A stretch of 63,927 bases of DNA, counting the filler, from Octopus bimaculoides (lineage: Eukaryota): assembly GCF_001194135.2 (NCBI RefSeq). It is 7 parts of 7 records of this genome, joined end to end, with 100 filler letters (N's around TTAATTAATTAA, not from the genome) between each part and the next. Parts side by side here need not be neighbours in the genome. Positions count along the whole stretch, not along the records: positions 1 to 27,877 come from NC_069004.1; positions 27,978 to 31,895 come from NW_026422944.1; positions 31,996 to 45,267 come from NC_068982.1; 4 more parts are not named here. One strand, 5' to 3'. Within the stretch, counting starts at the first letter, position 1. The number at the start of each line of letters is the position of its first letter. Positions 24,697 to 37,832 of the stretch are shown here, piece by piece. The notes below the pieces were generated by a model that did no database searches, was not told the origin of the DNA, and worked only from the letters and a program-made list of their open reading frames with translations. Both the position numbers and the translations under genes were made by a program.

Positions 24697-27240
24697 AACG
24701 TCCGCTTTCCATGCTGGCATGGGTTGGACAGTTTAACTGGGGACTGGTGAGCCAGATGGCTGCACCAGGCTCCAATCTGATCTGGCAGAGATTCTACAGC
24801 TGGATGCTCTTCCTAATGCCAACCACTCCGAGAGTGTAGTGGGTGCTTTTATGCACCACCAGCACGAGGGCCAGTCAGGCACTACTGGCAACAGCCACGT
24901 TCAAATGGTGTTTTTACGTGTCACCTGCACAGGAGCCAGTCCAGCGGCACTGGCAACGCCCTCGCTCGAGTGTTGTTTTCCACGTACCACCAGCACAAGT
25001 GCCAATAAGGTTACACTGGTAACGATCACACTCGAATGGTGCTTTTTATATGCCACCAGCACAGAGGCCAGTCAGTGGCCCTGGTAACGATCACACTAGG
25101 ATGGTGCTCTTAGCGCTCCACTAGCACGGATGCCAGTCATGCGGCACTGTCATCGAATTTGATTTCGATTTCACTTGCCTCAACAGGTCTTCACAAGCAG
25201 AGTTTAGTGTCCAATGAAAGAAAGATACGCCTAAGGGAGCTGGTTACACCACTGGCATAGGCCACATGTTATGGTCTCACTTGGCTTGCCGGGTCTTCTC
25301 AAGCACAGCATATTTCCAAATGTCTTGGTCACTAGTCATTACCTCAGTGAGGCCTAATGTTTGAAGGTCATGTTTCACCACCTCATCCCAGGTCTTCCCG
25401 GGTCTACCTCTTCCACAGGTTCCCTCAAATGCTAGGGTGTGGCACTTTTTCACACAGCTATCCTCATCCATTCTCACCACATGTCTATACCAGCGCAATC
25501 GTCTCTCTTGCACACCACATCTGATGCTTCTTAGGTCCAACTTTTCTCTCAAGGCACTTATACTCTGTTGAGTATGCACACTGACATTACACATCCAGCG
25601 GAGCATACTGGCTTTGTTCCTTGCAAGCTTACACATGTCCTCAGCAGTCACGGCCCATGTTTCACTGCCATGTAGCATGGCGGTTCGTACACATGTGTCA
25701 TACAGTCTGCCTTTTACTCTGAGTGAGAGGCTCTTTGCCACCAGCAGTGGTAGGAGTTCTCTGAACTTTGCCCAGGCTATTCTTATTCTAGCAGCTACAC
25801 TTTCAGAGCACCCACCCGGCTACTAACTTGGTCACCTAGGTAACGGAAGTTATTAACTACTTGTAGTTTTTCTCCCTGGAATGAGATAGAGGTTGTTCTC
25901 TGCACATTTTCAGTGTTTATAGCCCCTGAGCATTTACCACATACAAAAACTATCTTCCCGGTTAGCCTTCCTTTGATATAGCTGCACCTCTTATGTGTCC
26001 ATAGCTTACACTGGGTACATCTTATAGAGTTTCTACCTACGCCTTTTCTCCAGATCGAGCAGGGCCATCTACCTGAAGGGGTTTGTGGTTTGACTGCCTT
26101 TCTACTTATTAGGACTCTAAGGCCCTTCGATTCTAACCCTTGCTTCCACACCTGAAACTTCTCTAGTTCTGATACTGACTTGGCAATTAGAGCAAGATCA
26201 TCCACATAGAGGAGCTCCCAGGGGCATCCTGTCTTGAATTCCTGTGTTATTGCCTGGAGGACTATGATAAATAGGAGGGGGCTGAGGACTGAACCTTGGT
26301 AGACCCCTACCTCTACCCAGAATTCTTCACTGTACTCGTTGCCTCACCTTACTGACAGCGTCCCTGTACATGGCTCGCACATCTCTCACTAACCATTCTT
26401 CTATCCATAGTTTCCTCATTGACCACTAGATGAGGGATCGGGGGACCCTGTCAAAGGCTTTCTCCATGTCAACGAAAGCCAGGTACAGAGGTTTATCCTT
26501 GGCTAGGTATTTCTCCTGCAGCTGTCTTACCAGAAATATAGCATCAGTGGTGCTTTTCGCAGGCACGAACCCAAACTGCATCACGTCTAAACTGACCCGC
26601 TCCCTGAGTAGTTGGGCTTTGACCCTCTCCGTGACTTTCATTACCTGATCTAACAACTTGATACCCCTGTAATTATTTGTATCTAAAGCATCACCTTTGT
26701 AACAGTTGACTATGGTGCTGCTACACCAGTCATTGGGTATGACTCCTTCGTGTATCACCTGGTTAACTATACGGGTGACTAGGCTATACTGACACTGCCA
26801 GATATTTTGAGCATCCCTGCAGTGATTCCTGAAGGGCCAGGGGCTTTCCCTGTCTTCATACTCTTAATAGCTTTATCTACCATGGTACTGTCAACTCAAA
26901 TCGCTGGTCCCTCTGTTGGGACGACATTCGGCAGACTCTCTTTCTCCCATTCATTCTCTTTATTGAGCAACCTTTCATAGTGGCATCTCCAAACCTCTTT
27001 CTTTGCAGCCTTGTTTAGTGCAAGTGAACCATCATCCATGCAGACACATTTCTCTCTTACAACATCACGATTCTCTCTCACACACTGTCTTGCAACATGA
27101 AATACCTGAAGTCTTTGATCTACATGGCGCAGAATATTGACAAATTTTTTGTTATCTGCTTCCCCTCTGGCTAAATAAACCGGTCTCCTAGCTTCCCTTC
27201 TGGCAGTCTGATACAATTCCCTGCTACCTCCATTCTTCCA
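24697..27240 (-). mobile_element. 5'-truncated RTE-clade LINE (RT domain, C-terminus, 3' UTR), inactive
   Basis: HYERLLN.ENEW, GKAPGPSGI, NNYRGIKLL, MQFGFVP.KSTTDAIFLVRQLQEKYL, AFVDMEKAFDRVPR, VGVYQGSVLSPLLF, YVDDLAL, RLRWY.HV.RM...GRGRP.KTW motifs with frameshifts. Confidence 0.95.
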
Positions 27241-27462
27241 ATTATTTTTATATACAGTAAATTAATTTTGGTTAGTTTATATTAAAATTAAAGTTAATTA
27301 TATTGTATTTATAATTTCAGTTTAACTTAAAACTTCGTTTAAATTGTATTTTAAACAAAAGATTTGTTAAGATAAGCTTTGCATTTAATATTTCTGTTAG
27401 TTTATATTCTAATAAACATAAAGTTAATAATGTCACGCTTATAATTATATATAAGAGCTGGC

Positions 27463-27877
27463 TACACCAGCAGAGGTAGGAGTTCTCTGAACTTTGCCCA
27501 GGCTATTCTTATTCTAGCAACTACACTTTCAGAGCACCCTCCCCCACTACTAACCTGGTCACTTAGATAGCGGAAGCTATCTCCCTGGAATGTGGCAGAA
27601 GTTGTTTTCTGCATATTTACAGTGTTTATAGCTCCTGAACATCTACTACATACAAAAACTAACTTCCTAGTTAACCTTCCTTTGATATTGTTGCACCTCT
27701 TATGTGTCCATAGCTTGCACTGGGTGCATCTTATAGAGTTTCTACCTACACCTTTTCTACAGATCGAGCAGGGCCATCGACCTGAAGGTGTTTGTGATTT
27801 TTCGACCTTCCTACTTATTAGGACTTTGGTTTTAGCTAGGTTGATTCTAAGGCCCTTTGATTCTAGTCCTTGCTTCC
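27463..27877 (-). mobile_element. Second RTE fragment homologous to 25740-26150
   Basis: Direct sequence similarity; runs into the contig end. Confidence 0.85.
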
Positions 27878-27977
27878 NNNNNNNNNNNNNNNNNNNNNNN
27901 NNNNNNNNNNNNNNNNNNNNNTTAATTAATTAANNNNNNNNNNNNNNNNNNNNNNNNNNNNNNNNNNNNNNNNNNNN
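27878..27977. other. Artificial scaffolding linker 44N-TTAATTAATTAA-44N
   Basis: Identical 100-bp construct also at 31896-31995, 45268-45367, 52247-52346, 58412-58511 and 62777-62876; the 12-mer has stops in all six frames. Confidence 0.95.
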
Positions 27978-28385
27978 AGGAAAAAAAAAACATCAATTAC
28001 AACGACCCAGTACACGACTGGTACTTCAGTTAGTCAGACCCACGTGACCCGAACCCTGAAAAAGATGAAAAGACGAAGTCGATCCCGCTTGGGAATTGAA
28101 CCCCGGACGTAAAGCTTCATAAATAAACGAAGCAACGGCATTAATTTATCTTCCGCTCCACCGATTCTAACCAGAATTGACCTAATAACATCACGATTGC
28201 TATGGCTGCGAATTTATCAGCCTTATTCCGCGTTACGGAACAGTGGGGCTTCGAAATTCTAGCCGTAACGCGAAACTTACTTCCTATTGACTTAGACACT
28301 TGAATTCTTACATACATACACTCTGATACACACACACACACATACACACACAAATACGCACACACATACACACGCACACACACAA

Positions 28386-28416
<31 letters not shown>

Positions 28417-28417
28417 G

Positions 28418-28890
28418 GCGCAGGCGTGGCTGTGTTTAAGTAGTTTGCTTACCAACCACATGGTTCCGGGTTCAGTCCCACTGCGTGGCACCTTGGGAAA
28501 GTGTCTTCTACTATAGCCTCGGGCCNNNNNNNNNNTTCAGTCCCACTGCGTGGCACCTTGGGAAAGTGTCTTCTACTATAGCCTCGGGCCGACCAAAACC
28601 TTGTGAGTGGATTCGGTAGACGGAAGCTGAAAGAAGCCCGTCGTATACATGTATGTATATATATATGTATACATATATATATATGTATGTGTGTGTATGT
28701 GTTTGTGTTTGTGTGTCTGTTTGTCCTCCCCCCCCCAGCATCGCTTGACAACCGATACTTAGCGGTTCAGCAAAAGAGACCGATAGAATAAGTACTAGGC
28801 TTACAAAGAATAAACTCGGGGGTCGATTTGCTCGATTATAAGGGCGGTGCTCCAGCATGGCCGCAGTGAAGTGACTGAAACAAGTAAAAG
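28418..28890 (+). mobile_element. Full-length dominant SINE
   Basis: Same structure as 2578-3015; the short duplication around the 10-N gap at 28525 is an assembly overlap. Confidence 0.9.
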
Positions 28891-31800
28891 ACTAAAAGAC
28901 TAGGCCGGGAACTTTTTGATACCGTCTCATAAGTTCCGGCGTCGACTTAAAAACTCTACATGGCTGTGCCCCAGCATGGCCGCAGTGGAACGACTGAAAC
29001 AAAACAAAAGAAGAANNNNNNNNNNNNNNNNNNNNNNNNNNNNNNNNNNNNNNNNNNNNNNNNNNNNNNNNNNNNNNNNNNNNNNNNNNNNNNNNNNNNN
29101 NNNNNNNNNNNNNNNNNNNNNNNNNNNNNNNNNNNNNNNNNNNNNNNNNNNNNNNNNNNNNNNNNNNNNNNNNNNNNNNNNNNNNNNNNNNNNNNNNNNN
29201 NNNNNNNNNNNNNNNNNNNNNNNNNNNNNNNNNNNNNNNNNNNNNNNNNNNNNNNNNNNNNNNNNNNNNNNNNNNNNNNNNNNNNNNNNNNNNNNNNNNN
29301 NNNNNNNNNNNNNNNNNNNNNNNNNNNNNNNNNNNNNNNNNNNNNNNNNNNNNNNNNNNNNNNNNNNNNNNNNNNNNNNNNNNNNNNNNNNNNNNNNNNN
29401 NNNNNNNNNNNNNNNNNNNNNNNNNNNNNNNNNNNNNNNNNNNNNNNNNNNNNNNNNNNNNNNNNNNNNNNNNNNNNNNNNNNNNNNNNNNNNNNNNNNN
29501 NNNNNNNNNNNNNNNNNNNNNNNNNNNNNNNNNNNNNNNNNNNNNNNNNNNNNNNNNNNNNNNNNNNNNNNNNNNNNNNNNNNNNNNNNNNNNNNNNNNN
29601 NNNNNNNNNNNNNNNNNNNNNNNNNNNNNNNNNNNNNNNNNNNNNNNNNNNNNNNNNNNNNNNNNNNNNNNNNNNNNNNNNNNNNNNNNNNNNNNNNNNN
29701 NNNNNNNNNNNNNNNNNNNNNNNNNNNNNNNNNNNNNNNNNNNNNNNNNNNNNNNNNNNNNNNNNNNNNNNNNNNNNNNNNNNNNNNNNNNNNNNNNNNN
29801 NNNNNNNNNNNNNNNNNNNNNNNNNNNNNNNNNNNNNNNNNNNNNNNNNNNNNNNNNNNNNNNNNNNNGACCCCACCCCGACCCGCACAGCCCCCACTCC
29901 ATCCGCCACCTAACACCGTTCTCCCGTTCCGGTGTTTCGAACATATTTTCGCACCGTTCGGTCGGATCTGCAGAAAGAGAAGAGCCAAAATCTGATGCGG
30001 TGTGATGTGACTGTTGGCCCGAATCGCACCGTCTGTCTGTTCGTCTGACTGTGACTTCGAAGTCTGGCAACTTGGTCTGTTGCTCTGTCCGTCCTCTCTT
30101 TTTGTCTCTCAGTTTTTTGTCTGTCTGTCTATATGTGTGTCTCTGTACACGTATCTAACTTGCTTGTGTGTCTGTTAGTCTGTCTGTCTGTCTGTCTGTC
30201 TGTCTGTTTATTCATCTGTCTGTCTGTTAGTCCGTCCGCCTGCCTGTCTATCTCTCTATCTATGCGTCTATCTCTACATATATGTGTGTTGTGTTCGTGT
30301 ATTTGTGTGAGCAATTTATGTATGTATGTATGTATGTATGTATATATGTATGTATATATGCATCTGTCTGTCTGTCTCTCTGTCTATCTACATATCTAGT
30401 TATGCACCCATGTATCTACGTATATACATATGTGTGCATGTATGCGTTTGTGTGTTTATGCGTATATTTTATACACGTGTGTACGCATCACTCTATCTCT
30501 CTACCAACATATCTAACAATGCATTTACTCTCTCTCTCTCTCTCTATCAATGTATCTCTCTTTCTTACTTCTCTGCCTCTATATGTCTANNNNNNNNNNN
30601 NNNNNNNNNNNNNNNNNNNNNNNNNNNNNNNNNNNNNNNNNNNNNNNNNNNNNNNNNNNNNNNNNNNNNNNNNNNNNNNNNNNNNNNNNNNNNNNNNNNN
30701 NNNNNNNNNNNNNNNNNNNNNNNNNNNNNNNNNNNNNNNNNNNNNNNNNNNNNNNNNNNNNNNNNNNNNNNNNNNNNNNNNNNNNNNNNNNNNNNNNNNN
30801 NNNNNNNNNNNNNNNNNNNNNNNNNNNNNNNNNNNNNNNNNNNNNNNNNNNNNNNNNNNNNNNNNNNNNNNNNNNNNNNNNNNNNNNNNNNNNNNNNNNN
30901 NNNNNNNNNNNNNNNNNNNNNNNNNNNNNNNNNNNNNNNNNNNNNNNNNNNNNNNNNNNNNNNNNNNNNNNNNNNNNNNNNNNNNNNNNNNNNNNNNNNN
31001 NNNNNNNNNNNNNNNNNNNNNNNNNNNNNNNNNNNNNNNNNNNNNNNNNNNNNNNNNNNNNNNNNNNNNNNNNNNNNNNNNNNNNNNNNNNNNNNNNNNN
31101 NNNNNNNNNNNNNNNNNNNNNNNNNNNNNNNNNNNNNNNNNNNNNNNNNNNNNNNNNNNNNNNNNNNNNNNNNNNNNNNNNNNNNNNNNNNNNNNNNNNN
31201 NNNNNNNNNNNNNNNNNNNNNNNNNNNNNNNNNNNNNNNNNNNNNNNNNNNNNNNNNNNNNNNNNNNNNNNNNNNNNNNNNNNNNNNNNNNNNNNNNNNN
31301 NNNNNNNNNNNNNNNNNNNNNNNNNNNNNNNNNNNNNNNNNNNNNTATATATATTATATACACGCTTAAGGTCCCAAATTCTTATCTTTACGTCCCCATT
31401 AACTTAGCATTTCGATACAAGAAATCGATAGAATAAGTACTGGGCTTACAAAGAATAAGTCCTGAGGTCGATCCGTTCGACTAAAGGTAGTGCCCCAGGA
31501 TGGCCGCAGTCAAATGACTGAATGTAGTAAAAGAATAAAAGAAGATATATATATATAAACGTATGTGTACTTATATAAAAAAACGTGAGTTTATGTGTGT
31601 TTAAACGTGTGTGTGTGTGTGTGTGTGCGAGAGTGTGTACTTCTGTGTTTCTATGAGTGTGTGTGCATGTTTGTATCTAATTAGAGTCCTAATTAGTAGT
31701 CATTACTGTAATAAAACACACGTTTAAATATATCACCTTGATGTACCCGCATTCGTTTAATGACTAGGATATTAGGACGTGCGCGCGCGCGTGTATGTGT

Positions 31801-32504
31801 ATGTGTATGTGTGTGTGTTCGACGATGTGTGCCCGGGTATAATGTATTTAAGACGATGTAATTCTATGTATGTATATGTATATACATATATATATNNNNN
31901 NNNNNNNNNNNNNNNNNNNNNNNNNNNNNNNNNNNNNNNTTAATTAATTAANNNNNNNNNNNNNNNNNNNNNNNNNNNNNNNNNNNNNNNNNNNNGTACA
32001 CACACACAAAACACACATATATAGTGTAAATATGATAATATATCATAGCGCATTAATCTTTCATGTTTTATTTGTGTCAGTCAACAGACTGCCGGCCATG
32101 CTGGATCATCATCGCGAAAGGTTTTAGTTGAATAAATCTTAGTACTTATTCTTTTTATATCTACTGCCTATTCTATGAGTCTCTTTCACCGAACTGCTAA
32201 ATTTCAGGACGTAAGCAGTACAACAGTGGCTGTCAAGCATGTGTGAGAATAGAGGAGGAAGTGGTTGTGTGGTGAGAAGTTTGCTTTCCACCCACATGGT
32301 CCCAGATTCAGTCCAACTGCGTGATACCCTGGACAGGTGTCTTCTACTATAGCCTCGATCGACTAAAGCCCTGTGAGCGGTTTTGGTAGACCGAAACTGA
32401 ACGAAGCCCATAGTATATAAGTATATATATATATGTATGTATGTATATATATATATATATCTATATATATGTAGGGAGAATTCACAAAAAAAAANNNNNN
32501 NNNN

Positions 32505-32553
<49 letters not shown>

Positions 32554-33690
32554 AAATATATATTGTTTCAATACAGGTTTGATTACACAACCCTATTGTG
32601 AAATTAATTTTGGCGTGATAATACAAGAAGAAATCAGTAAAAAAACAGAAATGACGACTATACTTGTGTATTTTCCAATTAGCGACACAAGAGTTGCCAT
32701 TCCAAAAGTGACAATGACGTCTCAGATTAATGGAAGTTCCACAGATATTTATGAGAGAGCAAAAAATAAACAAACAAACAAAAAACCTCAGAAAACTTAT
32801 AAATTCATGCAAAATTATTTCCATATAGCAGACAATAATTGAATATCTAGATATAGCGATTTGAAAGTATATATAAAGTAGACTGTCTATGATTGGTCTT
32901 GGTACAATTGTCGTCTGGTCCGCCATTAAATTTGACCTTGTTATTACGAAACATTTGAGAAAATTTGGGTTTAATCTATAACTTGTTCCATTATATTGTT
33001 CTAGAGTAGTATATGTTTAAGAATAACTTACACTGGTGGTGTATTTTGCTATATTGTTGTCTTGTCTAGTTTGGTAAATGTCGGAATTTAATATTCATCT
33101 ATTTGTACGCATATATTTTTACTCAAACATATAAAATCATGCACAGACAATATATATATATATATATATATATATANNNNNNNNNNNNNNNNNNNNNNNN
33201 NNNNNNNNNNNNNNNNNNNNNNNNNNNNNNNNNNNNNNNNNNNNNNNNNNNNNNNNNNNNNNNNNNNNNNNNNNNNNNNNNNNNNNNNNNNNNNNNNNNN
33301 NNNNNNNNNNNNNNNNNNNNNNNNNNNNNNNNNNNNNNNNNNNNNNNNNNNNNNNNNNNNNNNNNNNNNNNNNNNNNNNNNNNNNNNNNNNNNNNNNNNN
33401 NNNNNNNNNNNNNNNNNNNNNNNNNNNNNNNNNNNNNNNNNNNNNNNNNNNNNNNNNNNNNNNNNNNNNNNNNNNNNNNNNNNNNNNNNNNNNNNNNNNN
33501 NNNNNNNNNNNNNNNNNNNNNNNNNNNNNNNNNNNNNNNNNNNNNNNNNNNNNNNNNNNNNNNNNNNNNNNNNNNNNNNNNNNNNNNNNNNNNNNNNNNN
33601 NNNNNNNNNNNNNNNNNNNNNNNNNNNNNNNNNNNNNNNNNNNNNNNNNNNNNNNNNNNNNNNNNNNNNNNNNNNNNNNNNNNNNNNNNN

Positions 33691-33759
<69 letters not shown>

Positions 33760-35546
33760 CTTTGTCTCTGTGCTTGTCCCCCCCACTATCGCTTGACAAC
33801 CAATGGTGGTGTGTCTATGTCCCCGTAACTTTGCGGTTTGGTCAAAGAGACCAATAGGATAAGTACTAGGCTTACAACGAATAAACCCTGGGTTCAATTT
33901 GTTCGACTAAAACCCTTTCACTGTGGTACCTGTGGTGAGTCATTCTCTCAAATAGGTATCTTAACGAAACACAGACTCATTCATACAGAAGATAAACCTT
34001 GTGACTGATAACTGTGGTATATTATTCTCTCAAAAGAGACAATCTACTATCCACATATGTAATTATACAAAAGAGCTGATAAAATAAAGCACTAGTTGTG
34101 TACTGGGTACCAATACTCCTAACTAATCCCCTCCCTCAAATTTTAAGCCTTGTGCCTATTGTTGGAAGCAGTTATATCTTTTATCCTTTACTTGTTTCAG
34201 TCATTAGACAGTGGCCATGCTGGGGCACTGCCTTGAAGAATTTTTAATCAAATGAATTGACCCAGGACTTATTTTTTAAAGCCTACTACTTATTCTATCA
34301 ATCATTTTTGCCGAACTGCTAAGCTATAGGGACATAAACATATGAACAATGGTTGTAAAGTGGCAGTGGGAGATTAGTTAGGAGTATTGATACCCAGTAC
34401 ACAACTAGTGCTTTATTTTATCAGCTCTTTTGTATAATTACATGTAAACCATGTAAAAGTGTAAAGGAGTATGTATGTATATATGTGTGCGTGTGTGTGT
34501 GTGTGTGCGTGTGTGTATGTATGTGTGTGTATAAGTATAAATATATCTGTATATGTATATTTATATGTACACACACACACACACACTCATATATGTAGGT
34601 GCATGCGTGGCTGTGTGGCAAGAAGTTTGTTTCCCAACCACATGGCTCTGCATTTTGTACAAGAAAATATCTCCAGTCTTTGTCAAAGCAAACATGGATT
34701 TATAAGGTTTAGCAAACATAGACACGGAATCTCCCTCCTAGTCATGTGTCCTTTCCTACCTCAGAACATAGGCACGTGTCTCCTTGCTCGAGTTATCCTG
34801 TAACAGGAAGCAACATTAACGGTATCAAGCTTACCGATCTCGTAAAGTCAGTGAAGTTCATGGGAACTTCCTAATATTCCAGGATTAAATAAAATGTAGG
34901 ATGACGAGTTTGATATAATTGGCACTAATTCATCTTCTTTCAAGCAGAGAGCAAACATATCATCACGGATTTTAGACTTATTAATGATTTAATCATCGGA
35001 AGAATGGTAAAGATGTAGAATATTTCCTTAACTCTACAGCCACCCTTAAATACAGTTCCAAGTAAAAGAAAATCTGTTGTAGTGTAAAACTACCAATTAC
35101 TGAACAAGTCTTATGAAACATTATAGATCGGCGATTATCATAAAAGGTAGGAGACAGATTACCCTTGGTATGGGGATTGAAAGATTGAACAAGGGTGGAC
35201 AAACTGCAACGTTTAATAAATTTAAGACCGTTTAATTTTTTAAAATTTGTCATGGCCAAACATCATGGTAGAGAAAGAATTTTATAGAGATCAATTCTAT
35301 TTAATATAAGAGATGGAGTAACAAAACTTCCAATAATTGTTGTGAGTGGGGGTTATATACGTCAGTCTGAGAACAGCTGCCTAACATCGTGTTAATGACT
35401 TTATTCAATACACAAATTATCTATTCTATCATCGTCTGTCGTTTGTTATAACCAATTATGTCCTTATACACAGACACCAAGATTATATTTGTACATGCAT
35501 ACACACACTCACACGCACACAACACGTACATACGCACACATATACA

Positions 35547-35604
<58 letters not shown>

Positions 35605-35679
35605 CATATACGTACACAAAAACATACACATACATACAAAACATACATACATAATACATACATACATACATATATGTAA

Positions 35680-35840
35680 CACAATGCTTAAATACCAATC
35701 TTGAAAAATTAGGCTTCTCAAAACCAAAAAGGAGAAAGCTGATTCGAAGACTATAGATCCAATCCATCACTGGAACTAAGAATCTGTAAAACTTTCCAGT
35801 AGTTTATCATCTAAATATATGCGAGCATGTCTAGATAATA
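35680..35840 (+). mobile_element. RLE LINE 3' end fragment
   Basis: Homologous to 15606-15700 and 15950-16045 (LEKLGFSKPKRRKLIRRL). Confidence 0.7.
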
Positions 35841-36059
35841 TGTACGAGAAGACATACATAAAACAATATACATACATACATACATACATACATACATACA
35901 TACATACAAACAAACAAAAATACCCTGTTGATGTTGAAATTCCAATGAAGGTGCCTTTGATCTAGGTCAGAAACTAGCACTTTCTCTATTAGCAAGAAAT
36001 CTTGAAAGAAAACTGAATAATGACATCCGTACATTCTCCCTGTAGGGACCATCACCATA

Positions 36060-36330
36060 AATCAAGACTGACTTTCAAGCGTACATGATGAGCTCGATGA
36101 TGTTGCTGAATTGCTCGCCAAAACCTAAAGTCTTGAAGAGGAGAGATTTCGATATTGAAGGATAGAAATCTACAATGTCGAACAGGGTGAACCTGCAGTC
36201 TATTTCATTCTCAATGCTGCGGAACCAGTCGACTTTTGTGGTGCATTCCTGTAGTTCTTCCAATGTTGGAGTTGATATTATTAAGAATACGCTTGCTAGC
36301 AATGCCTATCGCGCCTTTAGAGAGTTCTCA
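36060..36330 (-). mobile_element. Penelope-like RT fragment
   Basis: VDWFRSIENE..CRFTLFDIVDFYPSISKSLL motif typical of PLE reverse transcriptases. Confidence 0.65.
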
Positions 36331-37211
36331 TCAAACTCCATTCAAGATTAGAAAGAAAGTTGGGCTTATGATTCTTATGCGTAATATAGCAGTGGGCTTG
36401 TCCGGGTGGACCACGTGATCCTCCATCTTTAGGAGGATGGCGAGCTCTTTCGCATCTATATATGTCATTATATGTAGAGATGTTGGTTTGCTTATATATT
36501 TTAGTGACTAAGTTTGTAAGAAGTCTTGCGTACGTGGAAGTATTATTTCCTATATGTTCTTTGTTTTATCTGCAAGGATGTGTACATTAGATGATTGCTT
36601 CATGCAATGTAGTTGCTTAAAGAATTAGAACGATGCTGAAACCTTACTCTCATTATTGTATTCATTAAGTCAGCTTCTAAGCTCTCGAGGTATTTTATCT
36701 GTGGCAGGAACGTTCGGGATTTAAAGCCGAACCTAGCTGTGTGTATGGTCGTGGATGGGTTCACGAACAAAATAAGGCGTCCAGTGCAAACGTTTGATGA
36801 TTTTTCCTGTTTTCCCGGTGAGGAACGTTAAATAAAATTTTCTTGGTGGTATTTGGATATTTCTTAAAGTGTACGACAGTGGTTGTTTCTCCGTTGTAAA
36901 CTGTTTATTCGATGTTTGTGGATGGAGTTCAGCTGAATTTGAGGCACTTGTACTCTGAATGGACAGGTGTGACACTCTGTACTTTTGGTAGGATTTATGT
37001 ACATTATTTTGTTACAGTTTAAAATTTTGTACTCACATCAAATGAACCTATCTCGTCAGCGACATTTATTCCAGTCTTTATTTCTGTCTGTATTCCTATG
37101 ACCATCTGTTAGGATAGGATGTTGGTGGTTATTCTCTGTCTAGGAATAGGGTGTGATTTCTTAGCGACATCAGTTCGTTGGTGTGCATTAACACGAAGTT
37201 TAATCAGACTG

Positions 37212-37279
<68 letters not shown>

Positions 37280-37329
37280 ATATTATGTGTGTGTGTGATG
37301 TACAAATTATAGACGCCTTCTTGATGCAG

Positions 37330-37700
37330 TCTCAATTAAAGATGGGATGACTATGTTGCAAGGATGAAAGATGAAAACCCACCGAAAATTCTCATTTATG
37401 GTCAACTTCAGGTGGGTGTACGAATTGTAGGAAGATCTCTTGTCAGGTTCAAGGATGAGCTGATCAAGCATATTGGGATAAAAACCTCAGAATGTGAGGA
37501 ATGTGCTGCTGACAGTTCAAGGTGGAAGAAAATCTGTGAAAATGTAATATGGAAACATATCAATGCAAGGTCTAAACATCTAAGTGATTTAAGGCAAGCT
37601 CAAATGAATGCAGTCTCCTTCCAACGTTTGTGTGTGAAGGATGCGCTCTGGTTTGCAAAAAGCAAAGCAAGTCTAGTGTACCGCAGTAGATACAAACGCT
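37330..37700 (+). mobile_element. RTE (BovB-like) C-terminal fragment
   Basis: LRW...VARMKDENPPKILIYGQL..G.R..GR...RFKD motif. Confidence 0.7.
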
Positions 37701-37764
37701 AAAATATGGAGTAAAGAAACAAAGTAAAATTCTTTGAACTCATGTATCTCATATGACGAGAGAG

Positions 37765-37832
<68 letters not shown>

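Noticed and set aside
27922-27933. Recurring palindrome TTAATTAATTAA as a biological motif
   Set aside because: Always centred in exactly 44+44 N; synthetic linker.
28476-28575. Short tandem duplication inside a SINE
   Set aside because: Flanks a 10-N gap; assembly overlap.
32577-32842. Open frame after a + strand acceptor (GLITQPYCEINF...)
   Set aside because: No donor, no recognisable motif, AT-rich; not supportable.
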